A stretch of 52,139 nucleotides of DNA from positions 1-52,139 of IMG/VR virus record IMGVR_UViG_3300001598_000066. The stretch is one strand, 5' to 3'. The first letter of the stretch is position 1. Every line of letters starts with the position of its first letter. Below are positions 43,513 to 52,139 of the stretch, piece by piece. The notes beneath the pieces were generated by a model. It did no database searches, was not told the origin of the DNA, and worked only from the letters and a program-made list of their open reading frames with translations. The position numbers were made by a program, and so were the translations under genes. Origin of the DNA: a virus.

Positions 43513-44700
43513 TTAAACTTCAGCAATACCCTTGAGTCTGCCAAGTGCTGCAGGCTTCATGCAAATAAGTTCAGAATACTGAACAAGTGTAGCTTCATAA
43601 GCAGCTTTGTCTGTTACTCTGTGGAGAATAGCACCATCTTCATCCATCCAGTTCCACGGTTCAAGTCTGGACAGCTTCATCTGCTTTGTGTTGAGGATAT
43701 CCATCATACCGTCCTGCATATACTTTTCAACGGAGATGGGAATACCATTGTAGGAAACGAGCTTATAACCACCGTCAACCTTCATCATTTCAAGGTTTCT
43801 CTTATATGTGTTCTGCTCGTCAATATAAGCTCTGTGAACACCATCGTTGCAAGCGAGGAAGTCTGGCTGTTCGCCAGTTCTCTTATAGATTGTGTCGATA
43901 ACCTTCTGGAGCTTGAGAGAGTCAAAGTCCTGAGCTTCTCCACCAGAAGTAAGGTCAACGATTGTCGGCTTAAACCACTTCTTGGAGCTTCTGTCAATTC
44001 CGTAAAGTGTTGTAGCTGTCATAACATCTTCAAGACCTGTCATTTCGTTGCCGTAGTTGCCATAACGAACAATGATTGTGTTTGCAGATGTTGTATGAGA
44101 AGTGGAAGTGTAAATCTTCTTGTTATCATAATCAACGTCTGCAATATAGTCGCTGAAAGTTGCTGTATATGTAGTTCCAGAAACTGTACCGAAAGAAACA
44201 TACATTCCGGGATAAAATGCTTCTACAGAATAGTCGCAAGTAAATTCTGTTGCTGCTGTTCCAACTGCAGAAGTAATCTTTCCAAGTTCGCCAGTGCTCT
44301 TACCTGTAACATTGTGTCTAACCATATCGTTAGCATCAACGAGCAGGTTGTTCATCTGCTGTGTGAACTGGTTTACGAAAGCAGCCTTGCTGTCTCTGGA
44401 AGTCTTAAGGAGCTTGTCAGAGAGAGAGATACGAGCTACGAGGTTCTTAACCTGAGATTCAGCCTGCTCATACTTTCTGGGAGAAGGTGTAGGAAGGTCG
44501 CCATCTTCAGCTCTTGCACCTACGCCACCAGAACGACCATATTCGAGAGAGAACTTAACCTTAGAACCAACGATTTCATTAGCATCCTTTTCGAGGGCTG
44601 CCATGATAGGGCCAGAACCGTTATCCATCTGAACTACGATGGGGTCCTTGAAATAAACTTTGAGAGCGTTTTCAACAACGCTTAATGTAGAAATAGCCAT
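43513..44700 (-). CDS. Major capsid protein
   Basis: 395 aa, directly after the acidic scaffold gene and followed by a strong terminator. Typical MCP size and placement. Confidence 0.7.
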   Translation of the reverse strand: MAISTLSVVENALKVYFKDPIVVQMDNGSGPIMAALEKDANEIVGSKVKFSLEYGRSGGVGARAEDGDLPTPSPRKYEQAESQVKNLVARISLSDKLLKTSRDSKAAFVNQFTQQMNNLLVDANDMVRHNVTGKSTGELGKITSAVGTAATEFTCDYSVEAFYPGMYVSFGTVSGTTYTATFSDYIADVDYDNKKIYTSTSHTTSANTIIVRYGNYGNEMTGLEDVMTATTLYGIDRSSKKWFKPTIVDLTSGGEAQDFDSLKLQKVIDTIYKRTGEQPDFLACNDGVHRAYIDEQNTYKRNLEMMKVDGGYKLVSYNGIPISVEKYMQDGMMDILNTKQMKLSRLEPWNWMDEDGAILHRVTDKAAYEATLVQYSELICMKPAALGRLKGIAEV

Positions 44701-44711
44701 TATAATTCTCC

Positions 44712-45563
44712 TTATTTAGTTAAATCAGAACGAAGCAAAGCTGCAGCATCCTTTAATGTCTGCGGTCTATCTGCTCCCTGTGCGGAAAACTGATTCGTGC
44801 TACCATTTCCTATTGTTGCCGGTTTTCCACCTTTCTGAATATCTTTGAGATAATTTTCAATTACTCGCTTTGCAACAGCATCATTGCTAACAATTTTGTC
44901 CATACTGTCATTATCGGATAAATAAAAATCAAGGTTCTTACCTTGATTTGCTCTTAATTCTTCATTCTCTTTTCCGAGTCTGCCAATCTTTACTTCACGC
45001 ATTGCATCTACATATGAACGCTTATCCTTTGGATTAAGACCATTCATTTTGATATAACCTGCAATGTCAGGGAACATATCCTTAGCATCAGAGTTTTCGT
45101 TTACAAAGTCCTGAATAATATCCTTAACCTCAGCCTTTACCTGAGCAGCTTCTGACTGGCTTAATAACGGTTTAAGTCTAGCTTCAATACCTGCAACTAC
45201 TTCCTTGACTTTCTTTTCTGCTATTACATTAGCGGCTTTTTCGACAGCTCCAGCAGGGTTATCATAGAACTCGTCCATAAACTCTTCTGAATTAAACATC
45301 GGCAAAGCCTCTTCAACATCGCTGGAAGGCTGTTCCTGCTCTGTTGGAACGTTGTTTGCAAGCTCATTAAGTATTTCTTCCTTTGACGGAATACCGTTCT
45401 TAATAGGCTCATTTTCAACCACAGACTTTTCGACTTCTGTCTCATTATTTGGAACATCATTCATAACATCATTAGTCACGTCTGACTGTTCTTCTGCATC
45501 TAAATCATTTAGAAGCATCTGAGATGGTGTTAAGCTTTCAGTTTCAATCTTTTCATTTTCCAT
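44712..45563 (-). CDS. Scaffolding protein
   Basis: Very acidic helical 283-aa protein between the portal and the MCP. Confidence 0.6.
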   Translation of the reverse strand: MENEKIETESLTPSQMLLNDLDAEEQSDVTNDVMNDVPNNETEVEKSVVENEPIKNGIPSKEEILNELANNVPTEQEQPSSDVEEALPMFNSEEFMDEFYDNPAGAVEKAANVIAEKKVKEVVAGIEARLKPLLSQSEAAQVKAEVKDIIQDFVNENSDAKDMFPDIAGYIKMNGLNPKDKRSYVDAMREVKIGRLGKENEELRANQGKNLDFYLSDNDSMDKIVSNDAVAKRVIENYLKDIQKGGKPATIGNGSTNQFSAQGADRPQTLKDAAALLRSDLTK

Positions 45564-45584
45564 TGTATGTAATCCTCCATTTTA

Positions 45585-47711
45585 CTATGCAAATGTTTCT
45601 GCATTTGCTGATGCTCGCTGAATATATGGCGCATTCTGTTGCATCATCATTTCAGCTTGCTGTTTTGTTTGTAATGATTTTAAATGCTCATTTACGTGAT
45701 TTTCAAACAAAGCATCAATATCAGGATTCTTTGCAAGTTCTTCTTCATACTCAGCTTTCAATCTAAAGTTGTTATGAACAGAAATGTGAATCATATCATC
45801 ATCAAACTGTCTAAGAACTGCATTCTCTCCTACAACCATTGCATTATTTTCACGCTGTGCCCTCTTCTTTTGGTCATCTTCAGATTCAATGAAGTTTTCC
45901 CAATCTCCAAGTTCAAGCATTTCAAATACTTTCATACGGCCTTCATTTGTAATATTTCCAGTCTGCGGGTCATTGAACAATCCACTATTAAGAAGTTCAA
46001 TAACTTTCTGTCTGCGCTGAGCAAGTGTGTCAGAGCTTTCAGGTTCGCTTTCTACAAATACATCAAAAGATGTAAGGTCAGAACCAATGAACTGACTTAT
46101 TTCAAATTCATTGTTCTTACCAATATCTTTAACCTGTCTTGCATAAGAAACATTATTGTGATACAGAACAAGCCATTTCTTACTAACGCTAATTAAACAA
46201 TGCTTTATGTTCTCTGCTTCAAGACCTATTCTTGTATCGTCTTGTTCTGCAAGACCAGATATTGCTACTCCGGATGTTACCTGACTTGGAACTGTGGATT
46301 GTTTTGTAAGGTCAGATACTCCACTAAGTCTATTAAACATAGATAGCATATATTGCTCTTCTCTTGCTATGTCATCAGGAAGGCTATCTACTGTTAAAAA
46401 TCTTGGTGGTGTAGCACCACGTTTATATAAAAGCAATTCGCCCGGAGCAATGCCATTATCGAGTAAATAGTCTTCATCAACTAATGAATTTTCCTCAGCT
46501 TCAAGAACTCCAATAGTAACTCTATTTATATAATCCTGAGTTCTATTTTTTACAGAGTTATATCTAATCTGAAGAGGTATCATACGCTCTATTGTTGATG
46601 TTCCAAAGAAACCATCTGTTCTAATAGCTTGCTGAACATCAAATGGAAGAATATATTCTCCATCTTCTCCCATAGCATCAGGAAGAATCCCATAATACAA
46701 AAGAACTGAATCGGTACAAATAATCAATCTTCCGTCAGGATACGAAGGAGAAGGAAGTTCCCATTCTTCCATAACCTCTACTGTGTTATGAACAATAGTG
46801 TTGGCGAACATATTTCCTTGCATACGACCCATAATTCCTGAGCCATAATTTCTTTCTCCAGATGTTGCAATTTTATATGTTTCGTGGTCGGTTCCTTTTA
46901 CTACCTTGCCCCATTTTTCAAATACTTCATCAGGAGACATTAGAATTACGTGCATAACTCGTCTCTGCTTACGTAAAGGAAGTGATGGATTTTCTGGATA
47001 AATTTCAAATGGAGAATGAACAGTAGTAACAACATCTCCCCAATGAATTTTTTTTACGACTACATCTTTTTCATATCCAAGAAGCTCATTTTCGTATTCC
47101 TTTAATGTAAGCTTGCAGGCTTCTTCATCATCAAGCTTTCTATATTCAACACCAACAACTCTTCCGGCATTAGGGTCCCAAACTGTTTTGAATATTGCAG
47201 TACCAACAATGCCTGAAATTAAATTAGCTTCCTGCTGAACTTCGCTCATTCTGAGCCTTGCTCTTGTAGAAGCTAATACTTTATTACCTATCTTCGCAGA
47301 TGTTCTATCTTCACTTGAAGCTGAAGCAGGTCTGTTTTTAAGATTGTTTTTTCTTTTAGAAAGAAATGCAAATCTTGTTTCAACACATGGAGCGATTTCA
47401 TTGAATACGTTACGCTCTTCAAAATCGTTTAGAGGTAATACTTCTTCAATATCGTTCTTAATAGAATCTATTGTTGTATATTGTTCTCCATTATAGAAAT
47501 TGATATTAAGTCTATTCTGCAAATCAATTTTTCTCTTTAACCTTTTTCGTTCTGCGTATCTATCCTTAATATCATTAACAACATTCAATTCAAACTGTTT
47601 TGCTACAGTATTAGTTGTATCTACATCTTCTAGAATTACAGCAACAGGTTCTTCAACTTCTCCTGAGAATAACTTACTTGTAAACTCTTTTGCTTTTTCA
47701 AGCCCCCACAT
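45585..47711 (-). CDS. Portal protein
   Basis: 708 aa, located between the TerL block and the scaffold. Confidence 0.7.
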   Translation of the reverse strand: MWGLEKAKEFTSKLFSGEVEEPVAVILEDVDTTNTVAKQFELNVVNDIKDRYAERKRLKRKIDLQNRLNINFYNGEQYTTIDSIKNDIEEVLPLNDFEERNVFNEIAPCVETRFAFLSKRKNNLKNRPASASSEDRTSAKIGNKVLASTRARLRMSEVQQEANLISGIVGTAIFKTVWDPNAGRVVGVEYRKLDDEEACKLTLKEYENELLGYEKDVVVKKIHWGDVVTTVHSPFEIYPENPSLPLRKQRRVMHVILMSPDEVFEKWGKVVKGTDHETYKIATSGERNYGSGIMGRMQGNMFANTIVHNTVEVMEEWELPSPSYPDGRLIICTDSVLLYYGILPDAMGEDGEYILPFDVQQAIRTDGFFGTSTIERMIPLQIRYNSVKNRTQDYINRVTIGVLEAEENSLVDEDYLLDNGIAPGELLLYKRGATPPRFLTVDSLPDDIAREEQYMLSMFNRLSGVSDLTKQSTVPSQVTSGVAISGLAEQDDTRIGLEAENIKHCLISVSKKWLVLYHNNVSYARQVKDIGKNNEFEISQFIGSDLTSFDVFVESEPESSDTLAQRRQKVIELLNSGLFNDPQTGNITNEGRMKVFEMLELGDWENFIESEDDQKKRAQRENNAMVVGENAVLRQFDDDMIHISVHNNFRLKAEYEEELAKNPDIDALFENHVNEHLKSLQTKQQAEMMMQQNAPYIQRASANAETFA

Positions 47712-47717
47712 AAGCTA

Positions 47718-47954
47718 TCACCCCTGTTCATTAATATTTCTTTTAGCTATATCTTTTTCTCGTCTTATGAGCATATTTTTATGCTCGTGCCTAACTGTTT
47801 TGTCATTTTCAAAATTCTTGAAGTCTGAATAATCTTTTGCAGATAAAAGCTCTATCAGCATTTTCCGTTCCTTTACAGTACTTAAATAAAGTAAATAAAT
47901 AAAGATTACCAAACTAATAATTGATAGACAGGCAATAATTACCACGTAAATCAT
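47718..47954 (-). CDS. Small membrane protein (78 aa)
   Basis: N-terminal TM IYVVIIACLSIISLVIFIYLLYL. Confidence 0.5.
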   Translation of the reverse strand: MIYVVIIACLSIISLVIFIYLLYLSTVKERKMLIELLSAKDYSDFKNFENDKTVRHEHKNMLIRREKDIAKRNINEQG

Positions 47955-48298
47955 TCCTCAGTCTCGTGTTCTTTCTTACATTTTCTGCAATGAGCCATAA
48001 ACTGACCAGATGTATATTCGTTCTTGCTAAACTTTTCTCCGCAATACTTACATACATAAAACTCTTCTTCCGGAGTTTCCTTAACAGGTTCAACTTTTAC
48101 AACCTTTTCAACAATTTCTGGATTTACAAGCTTGATACCATCATCTGCAAGAACATCTAAACCATCCTTTACAAGAGAAATAAAATGGTCTTTACATAAA
48201 GGATAATCATTTCCTTTTGTTCCAAGTCCAACGTATGCAACTTTATGACAGCCCTGAATTTCACATCTCATTCTTCTATTAAGCTTTTTAACAATCAT
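47951..48298 (-). CDS. Zinc-finger protein (115 aa)
   Basis: CEIQGCH...CKDH and CKYCG...CRKC. Coupled to TerL. Confidence 0.5.
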   Translation of the reverse strand: MIVKKLNRRMRCEIQGCHKVAYVGLGTKGNDYPLCKDHFISLVKDGLDVLADDGIKLVNPEIVEKVVKVEPVKETPEEEFYVCKYCGEKFSKNEYTSGQFMAHCRKCKKEHETEE

Positions 48299-49938
48299 AT
48301 ATATCTTCTCCTTTTAGTATCTCTAAGCAATTTCTGTTTGTGTCTTTGTATAATTGGAAGTTGCTCTTCAACCTTTTTATGGCTTTCAAGAGGATGTCTT
48401 GAAATAAGTAAATATCCAAGACTATCGTATGGGTTATCTAAATCTGATAAATCTGCGACTTTTTCAGGGTCACGTTCATCAGTTACCAACTGAGGCAAAA
48501 CAGATATAAGATATTCACAAGTTCTGAATATTTGTATTCGTGAATAAACTGTTGTATGCCCTTCATTATCTTGTCTTACAATAGGCTTAAGATATTCATG
48601 TACAGTTGCCATTCTTAATTTTCTATCTGTAACAGCCTGAATAAATGTCTCTCTTGTAAGTCCACCAGCTTCATAATAATCAATTAGATTTTTATTCGTT
48701 TTATCACTTCGTCCAGCACCTGATGTATGCCAAGCATCAAGACCTGCAACTATATAATCTAATTTTTCTTTATGTATTGCGCCCCCAGCATCAGAATAAA
48801 ATAGAGAGTTATAAAACTCTCTTGCTTGGTCATCATATAAAACTTGTGGTTCATCACGCCATCTAGACATTTCATAATAGATATAAATAATTCCATCGTC
48901 TGATATTGCGGCTTTATACCATGCATATGGGTCATTATATCCATTATCTACAGAAGCAATTCTTTTCCAATGCTCCGGTATAGTGAATGGGTCGCAAGTA
49001 TGAATCTCATAAGAAAACTCCGGAAATGCAACATTATCTCCTGCAAGTAATGCTTCTTCCTCAGTTCGAGGATATTCCTGCTGCACTTTTGAACCTAAGT
49101 TTCTACAAGTAGCTTCATACCACTCCTGTGTTCTTCTTGGGTCAGCAAAACAATTAAGAAAGATTTTGTTAAAACCCTTTTCTCTTGCGTGTTTCCAAAC
49201 AGATTCAAAGAATGAACCTCTGAAATTTGTTGATAATCCTATAAACTTACCACTTGTAGGACGATTGATTGTAGGATAAGCTGCATCGAAAATCTGAGAC
49301 GCATAAGGATGAAAAGCCCACTCATCAAAGAATACAAGGTCACCAGTAAGAGAGCGACCTGCACCTTCTGTGCAAGCCTGAGCTTTTATTGAAGCTACTT
49401 CTTTACTTTCATCACCATAATGTATTTCTATTGATAAAGTTGTCTTTATCCAGTACAAACCACCATAAGCAGCACCAGCTTTTTTAAGTTCCTTAAATCT
49501 CTTTTCATCAATTATTAGAAATTCAGGTAAATGTCTTAGAACGAAATCTGCTCTATTTATAAGCTCTTTTGATTTAGCTTCTGTTTCAGACAAAATAAGA
49601 GCTGTAAAACCACCAAATCTAATACATTGATGAACGATATAGCATATAACAAGCCAAGTAAAACCTAACTGTCTTGCTTTTAATACTATATTCAATTTAT
49701 TATCCTGCATACTTTGCAAAGCTTCTTTTTGAGCTTCCCACAAGGTAAAAGGAATTGCAGATTCTCCAAGACTGTCTTTGCTTTCAATCTTGCACCAAGT
49801 CTCAATAAAATACTCAGGTTCACTTTCATTTATAACAAATTCACGTTCTGCCTGAGCTGCTTCGTAAAAAGCTCTCTCTTGGTCTGCTAAATACAGTTCT
49901 TCATCTTTCGTATTGCTAACTCTTTGGTTTGATTTCAC
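48295..49938 (-). CDS. terL: Terminase large subunit
   Basis: Walker-A-like LKARQLGFTW, Walker B LVFFDEWAF, and a C-terminal nuclease-size region. Confidence 0.8.
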   Translation of the reverse strand: MKSNQRVSNTKDEELYLADQERAFYEAAQAEREFVINESEPEYFIETWCKIESKDSLGESAIPFTLWEAQKEALQSMQDNKLNIVLKARQLGFTWLVICYIVHQCIRFGGFTALILSETEAKSKELINRADFVLRHLPEFLIIDEKRFKELKKAGAAYGGLYWIKTTLSIEIHYGDESKEVASIKAQACTEGAGRSLTGDLVFFDEWAFHPYASQIFDAAYPTINRPTSGKFIGLSTNFRGSFFESVWKHAREKGFNKIFLNCFADPRRTQEWYEATCRNLGSKVQQEYPRTEEEALLAGDNVAFPEFSYEIHTCDPFTIPEHWKRIASVDNGYNDPYAWYKAAISDDGIIYIYYEMSRWRDEPQVLYDDQAREFYNSLFYSDAGGAIHKEKLDYIVAGLDAWHTSGAGRSDKTNKNLIDYYEAGGLTRETFIQAVTDRKLRMATVHEYLKPIVRQDNEGHTTVYSRIQIFRTCEYLISVLPQLVTDERDPEKVADLSDLDNPYDSLGYLLISRHPLESHKKVEEQLPIIQRHKQKLLRDTKRRRYI

Positions 49939-50455
49939 GACCCTTATTAAGTTCCTCCCATGTTTTGTTTCCCTTACTTCTTATTTTGTAATTCTTAAAC
50001 ATTTCAAATAATGTTTCGTTTACAAGTGAGCCTTTTGAGATTACCCACGGATTCATATAATATTGTACGTTATGTCCGTTTTTGCCTTTATAAATAATGT
50101 TCTTTTTTATTAAAAGGTCTAAAGCTTCTTTTGTTGTGTTTCTTGACCATTTAGAAATATCAACAATGTCTGAAAATGAAATATCTTTTCCATTAGGATA
50201 TTTAATCAGACAGCTTTCGTATGAAACGTATAATTGTAATATGAATAAAAGAGAACGCTCATTAGGACTTAATTCTTCTAATAGAAGTCTGCTTTCGTTA
50301 ACATCTATTTTTGTGAAGTTTCTTCCTTTTGAACGTTCCTTAAATTCTTTATATGAATCTTTTGAACTTTTGCGAATAATCCTAACCGAATCTCCATCGT
50401 GTATTTCTTGTTTGATTTCTCCGGTATCTAGGTCTATTATTCCACGTTCATTCAT
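49916..50455 (-). CDS. wHTH DNA-binding protein, small-terminase candidate
   Basis: Overlaps the TerL start by 23 nt. Winged-helix-like segment ISFSDIVDISKWSRNTTKEALDLLIKKNIIYKGKNG. Confidence 0.4.
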   Translation of the reverse strand: MNERGIIDLDTGEIKQEIHDGDSVRIIRKSSKDSYKEFKERSKGRNFTKIDVNESRLLLEELSPNERSLLFILQLYVSYESCLIKYPNGKDISFSDIVDISKWSRNTTKEALDLLIKKNIIYKGKNGHNVQYYMNPWVISKGSLVNETLFEMFKNYKIRSKGNKTWEELNKGREIKPKS

Positions 50456-50832
50456 TATTCACTCCAATGTGCTGTGAGTGTTGTATTAGCTCTTATCTTT
50501 GTAGCAAAGTCAAATGCTTCTTCATCTTTGAACCAACCAACGAATTCTGAGCCTTCCTTTGTCGGGTCATCTGGCTCTGTAGCAGTTGTATCAAACGAAA
50601 TAATCTGACTTGCAACAGAAGAACCACCATCAGAATCGAATGTAACAGTTACGCTAATAAGAGGTTTCATTGCGTTAACGTCTGCTTCAAGAATAGCAAC
50701 TCTACCAGTTAATGCTTCAACATCTTCTGTAATTTCTGAAATTGCAGCATCAAGATGTTTCTTTAACTGATATTCATTAGTCTCGCAATAGCGAAGCTTA
50801 TTCTTTCTATAATTATCTCTTAGGTTTCTCAT
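50455..50832 (-). CDS. Coiled-coil protein with a Listeria/Bacteroides (Flg_new) repeat
   Basis: VTFDSDGGSSVASQ...EPDDPTKEGSEFVGWFKD...FDFATKI..NTTLTAHW matches the Flg_new consensus. Start at 50832 behind AAGGAG. Confidence 0.6.
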   Translation of the reverse strand: MRNLRDNYRKNKLRYCETNEYQLKKHLDAAISEITEDVEALTGRVAILEADVNAMKPLISVTVTFDSDGGSSVASQIISFDTTATEPDDPTKEGSEFVGWFKDEEAFDFATKIRANTTLTAHWSE

Positions 50833-50984
50833 AATAAATCTCCTTACGTGCTTTATGGGAGAATTGCTCCCCCCATTAGGCACTTTCAGGAGGAGATTAC
50901 ATACAACTCTCTATGATAAACTATAATTTAGTTTTCTCTTAAAAGATTAAAGTCAATTAACATTTAATGGTAAAAGCATTCTTT

Positions 50985-51272
50985 TTATAAATAAATTTTT
51001 TTGAAAATTTCAATAAACTTATCGTGACCATAGATTTTCTCAAAAGCCTGCTGACCTTTTCTTTTAAGCTCGTAATTAAACTCACGATTAAAGTGTGCAC
51101 CATATGGTGGCTCATTATGATGTAAATGACATAATGGAACAATCAATCCATATTTATCACTCAATTTCCTATCAGGATTACCAAAGAATATATGGTGAAT
51201 CTCAACATAAGGACTTCCACAAATTATGCAATATTGCATATTGTCGCATACTATTGATTTAATCTTCGACAT
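50985..51272 (-). CDS. HNH-like zinc-finger nuclease (tentative)
   Basis: CIICGS...EIHHIF...LCHLHH. Located in the packaging module. Confidence 0.45.
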   Translation of the reverse strand: MSKIKSIVCDNMQYCIICGSPYVEIHHIFFGNPDRKLSDKYGLIVPLCHLHHNEPPYGAHFNREFNYELKRKGQQAFEKIYGHDKFIEIFKKIYL

Positions 51273-51612
51273 CTACAGCATCCTCACTCTTAATTCGGTG
51301 CATTACCTTACCCATTAGCTCTGCCATTTCTTTAGGGTCCATCTTCTCTTTGCCGAAATACATATTGAATGTATTGTTACCTTCAGACCTTTGTGCAAGT
51401 AATCCAGTCATTTTGTCTGATAAGATTCCATAAATGGTTGCAGCCTGAACAGCGTTCGCTTGGTCTATCTTTTCTGCAACAATCTTTAACGCCCTATCTT
51501 GTAAAGCCGTATTCTGGCTTATTAAATCAGGTAGCGCTTCCTTGTAAGCTATCATAAAGTTCTTAGCGTTAGGCTTACTCTCTTTAATCTTTATTTCTGT
51601 ACTTTCTTCCAT
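51259..51612 (-). CDS. First late-operon protein (117 aa; helical, possible DNA-binding or TerS-like)
   Basis: Start at the ATG at 51612 behind AAAGGTGG. The upstream 20 codons of the track ORF overlap a regulatory inverted repeat. Confidence 0.5.
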   Translation of the reverse strand: MEESTEIKIKESKPNAKNFMIAYKEALPDLISQNTALQDRALKIVAEKIDQANAVQAATIYGILSDKMTGLLAQRSEGNNTFNMYFGKEKMDPKEMAELMGKVMHRIKSEDAVDVED

Positions 51613-51636
51613 ATAACCCACCTTTCCTATTAAAAC

Positions 51637-51670
51637 GCCTATAAGCATTGATATTTCAACGCTTATAGGC
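51637..51670. promoter_or_regulatory. 10-bp perfect inverted repeat in the late-operon leader
   Basis: GCCTATAAGC-(14 nt)-GCTTATAGGC, 25 nt upstream of the late-operon start codon. Confidence 0.55.
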
Positions 51671-51711
51671 AACTAACACTAATGTATAATAAATTATTCC
51701 CAGAAATTAAC

Positions 51712-51752
51712 AGTACAAATATTGTACTCTTGAGTACAAATATTGTACTCTT
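51712..51752. repeat. Tandem 21-bp repeat, each unit a palindrome
   Basis: AGTACAAATATTGTACTCTT occurs twice (51712 and 51733). Each unit contains AGTACA-aatat-TGTACT. An A7 tract follows. Confidence 0.7.
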
Positions 51753-52040
51753 AAAAAAATCCCGAAACCGTTGCAATTACTATCTTTAACCAACTTTTTT
51801 ACCCAATCTGTCCCTCTATATACTCTAATTCATATCGAGAATACCACTTTTGGACATTGGTTTCTGTTCACCAACTACCTTTTTTTACCATAAATTTTTA
51901 TAAAAATATGAGCTTTAGAAAAGTTATACAGGCTGGTTGGGTTGACCACCATAGTGTGTATGGGGTCCCCTTCCGGATTTTTGGGTGTACCCCCATTGTG
52001 TTTCAAGCGAGCTGGTGGTGGTCGGCGGAACGGTGGAAGA

Positions 52041-52139
52041 TAGGAAGATATAGATAGAAGGGTGGGTGCTTTGTTTGTTTGCCCCCCTGCCCTTCCTTTA
52101 TAGAAAATCGTATAGTGGATATATGATTTTGGATATAGA
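52041..52139 (+). repeat. Terminal direct repeat, right copy
   Basis: Identical to 1-99. Consistent with the assembly overlap of a circular molecule or with a short direct terminal repeat. Confidence 0.95.

Larger units (their letters stand above)
1..52139. mobile_element. Complete temperate phage genome (circular or terminally redundant contig)
   Basis: Contains full packaging, capsid, tail-fibre, lysis, lysogeny and replication modules. The two ends are identical over 99 nt. Confidence 0.85.

Noticed and set aside
43621-44685. A 354-aa plus-strand ORF.
   Set aside because: It lies entirely antisense to the major capsid gene, is Cys/Ser-rich and low-complexity, and has no RBS. It is a shadow ORF.
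51712-51752. A possible CRISPR-like repeat.
   Set aside because: There are only two directly abutting 21-bp units with no spacers, and no cas genes are present. It is interpreted as a protein-binding tandem palindrome.
51857-52057. A 66-aa plus-strand ORF in the junction region.
   Set aside because: It has no RBS, a Trp/Gly/Val-rich improbable composition, and overlaps the hairpin-dense GC-rich block. The region is more likely non-coding.

Overview
The window is one complete temperate phage genome of about 52.04 kb. Its first 99 nt (1-99) are identical to its last 99 nt (52041-52139), so the contig is circular or terminally redundant. The genome is AT-rich, with Firmicutes-style AGGAGG ribosome-binding sites and heavy ATGA/TAATG gene coupling. 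Almost all genes are on the minus strand.

Layout, read along the minus strand:
- 51612->39008: packaging and head/tail module. It holds a small DNA-binding protein, an HNH-like protein, a Flg_new-repeat protein, a wHTH TerS candidate, TerL, portal, scaffold, major capsid and a tail fibre. No tail tube or tape measure is visible, so it looks podovirus-like.
- 38998->35537: a textbook diversity-generating retroelement (DGR) with two tandem target genes.
- 35100->35021: a tRNA-like structured RNA.
- 34994->34017: lysis cassette.
- 33905->16736: a three-gene block ending in a 4,916-aa (14.75 kb) polyvalent ORF that carries an N6-adenine methyltransferase, an SNF2/DEAH helicase and an HExxH zincin.
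- 14538-16702 (+ strand): lysogeny module, with a CI-like repressor, a minimal ImmA-like peptidase and a large serine recombinase. A Cro-like gene diverges from it.
- 14308->2920: early, replication and recombination genes. These include a replisome organizer with an internal ori-like repeat block, a G39P-like loader, a Sak4-like ATPase, a PD-(D/E)XK nuclease, a NinB-like protein, SSB, a SpoVS homologue, an Hjc-like resolvase, many zinc-ribbon ORFs, a ThyX-like protein, a dATP/dGTP diphosphohydrolase-like protein and ArpU.
- 352-2772 (+ strand): an opposite-strand accessory island.

Most worth a second look:
- The giant polyvalent ORF and its module.
- The dual-target DGR.
- The tRNA-like RNA.
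- The phased GTGTAGAA repeats that link the accessory island to the immunity operators.

All functional calls rest on motifs read by eye. No database search was run.
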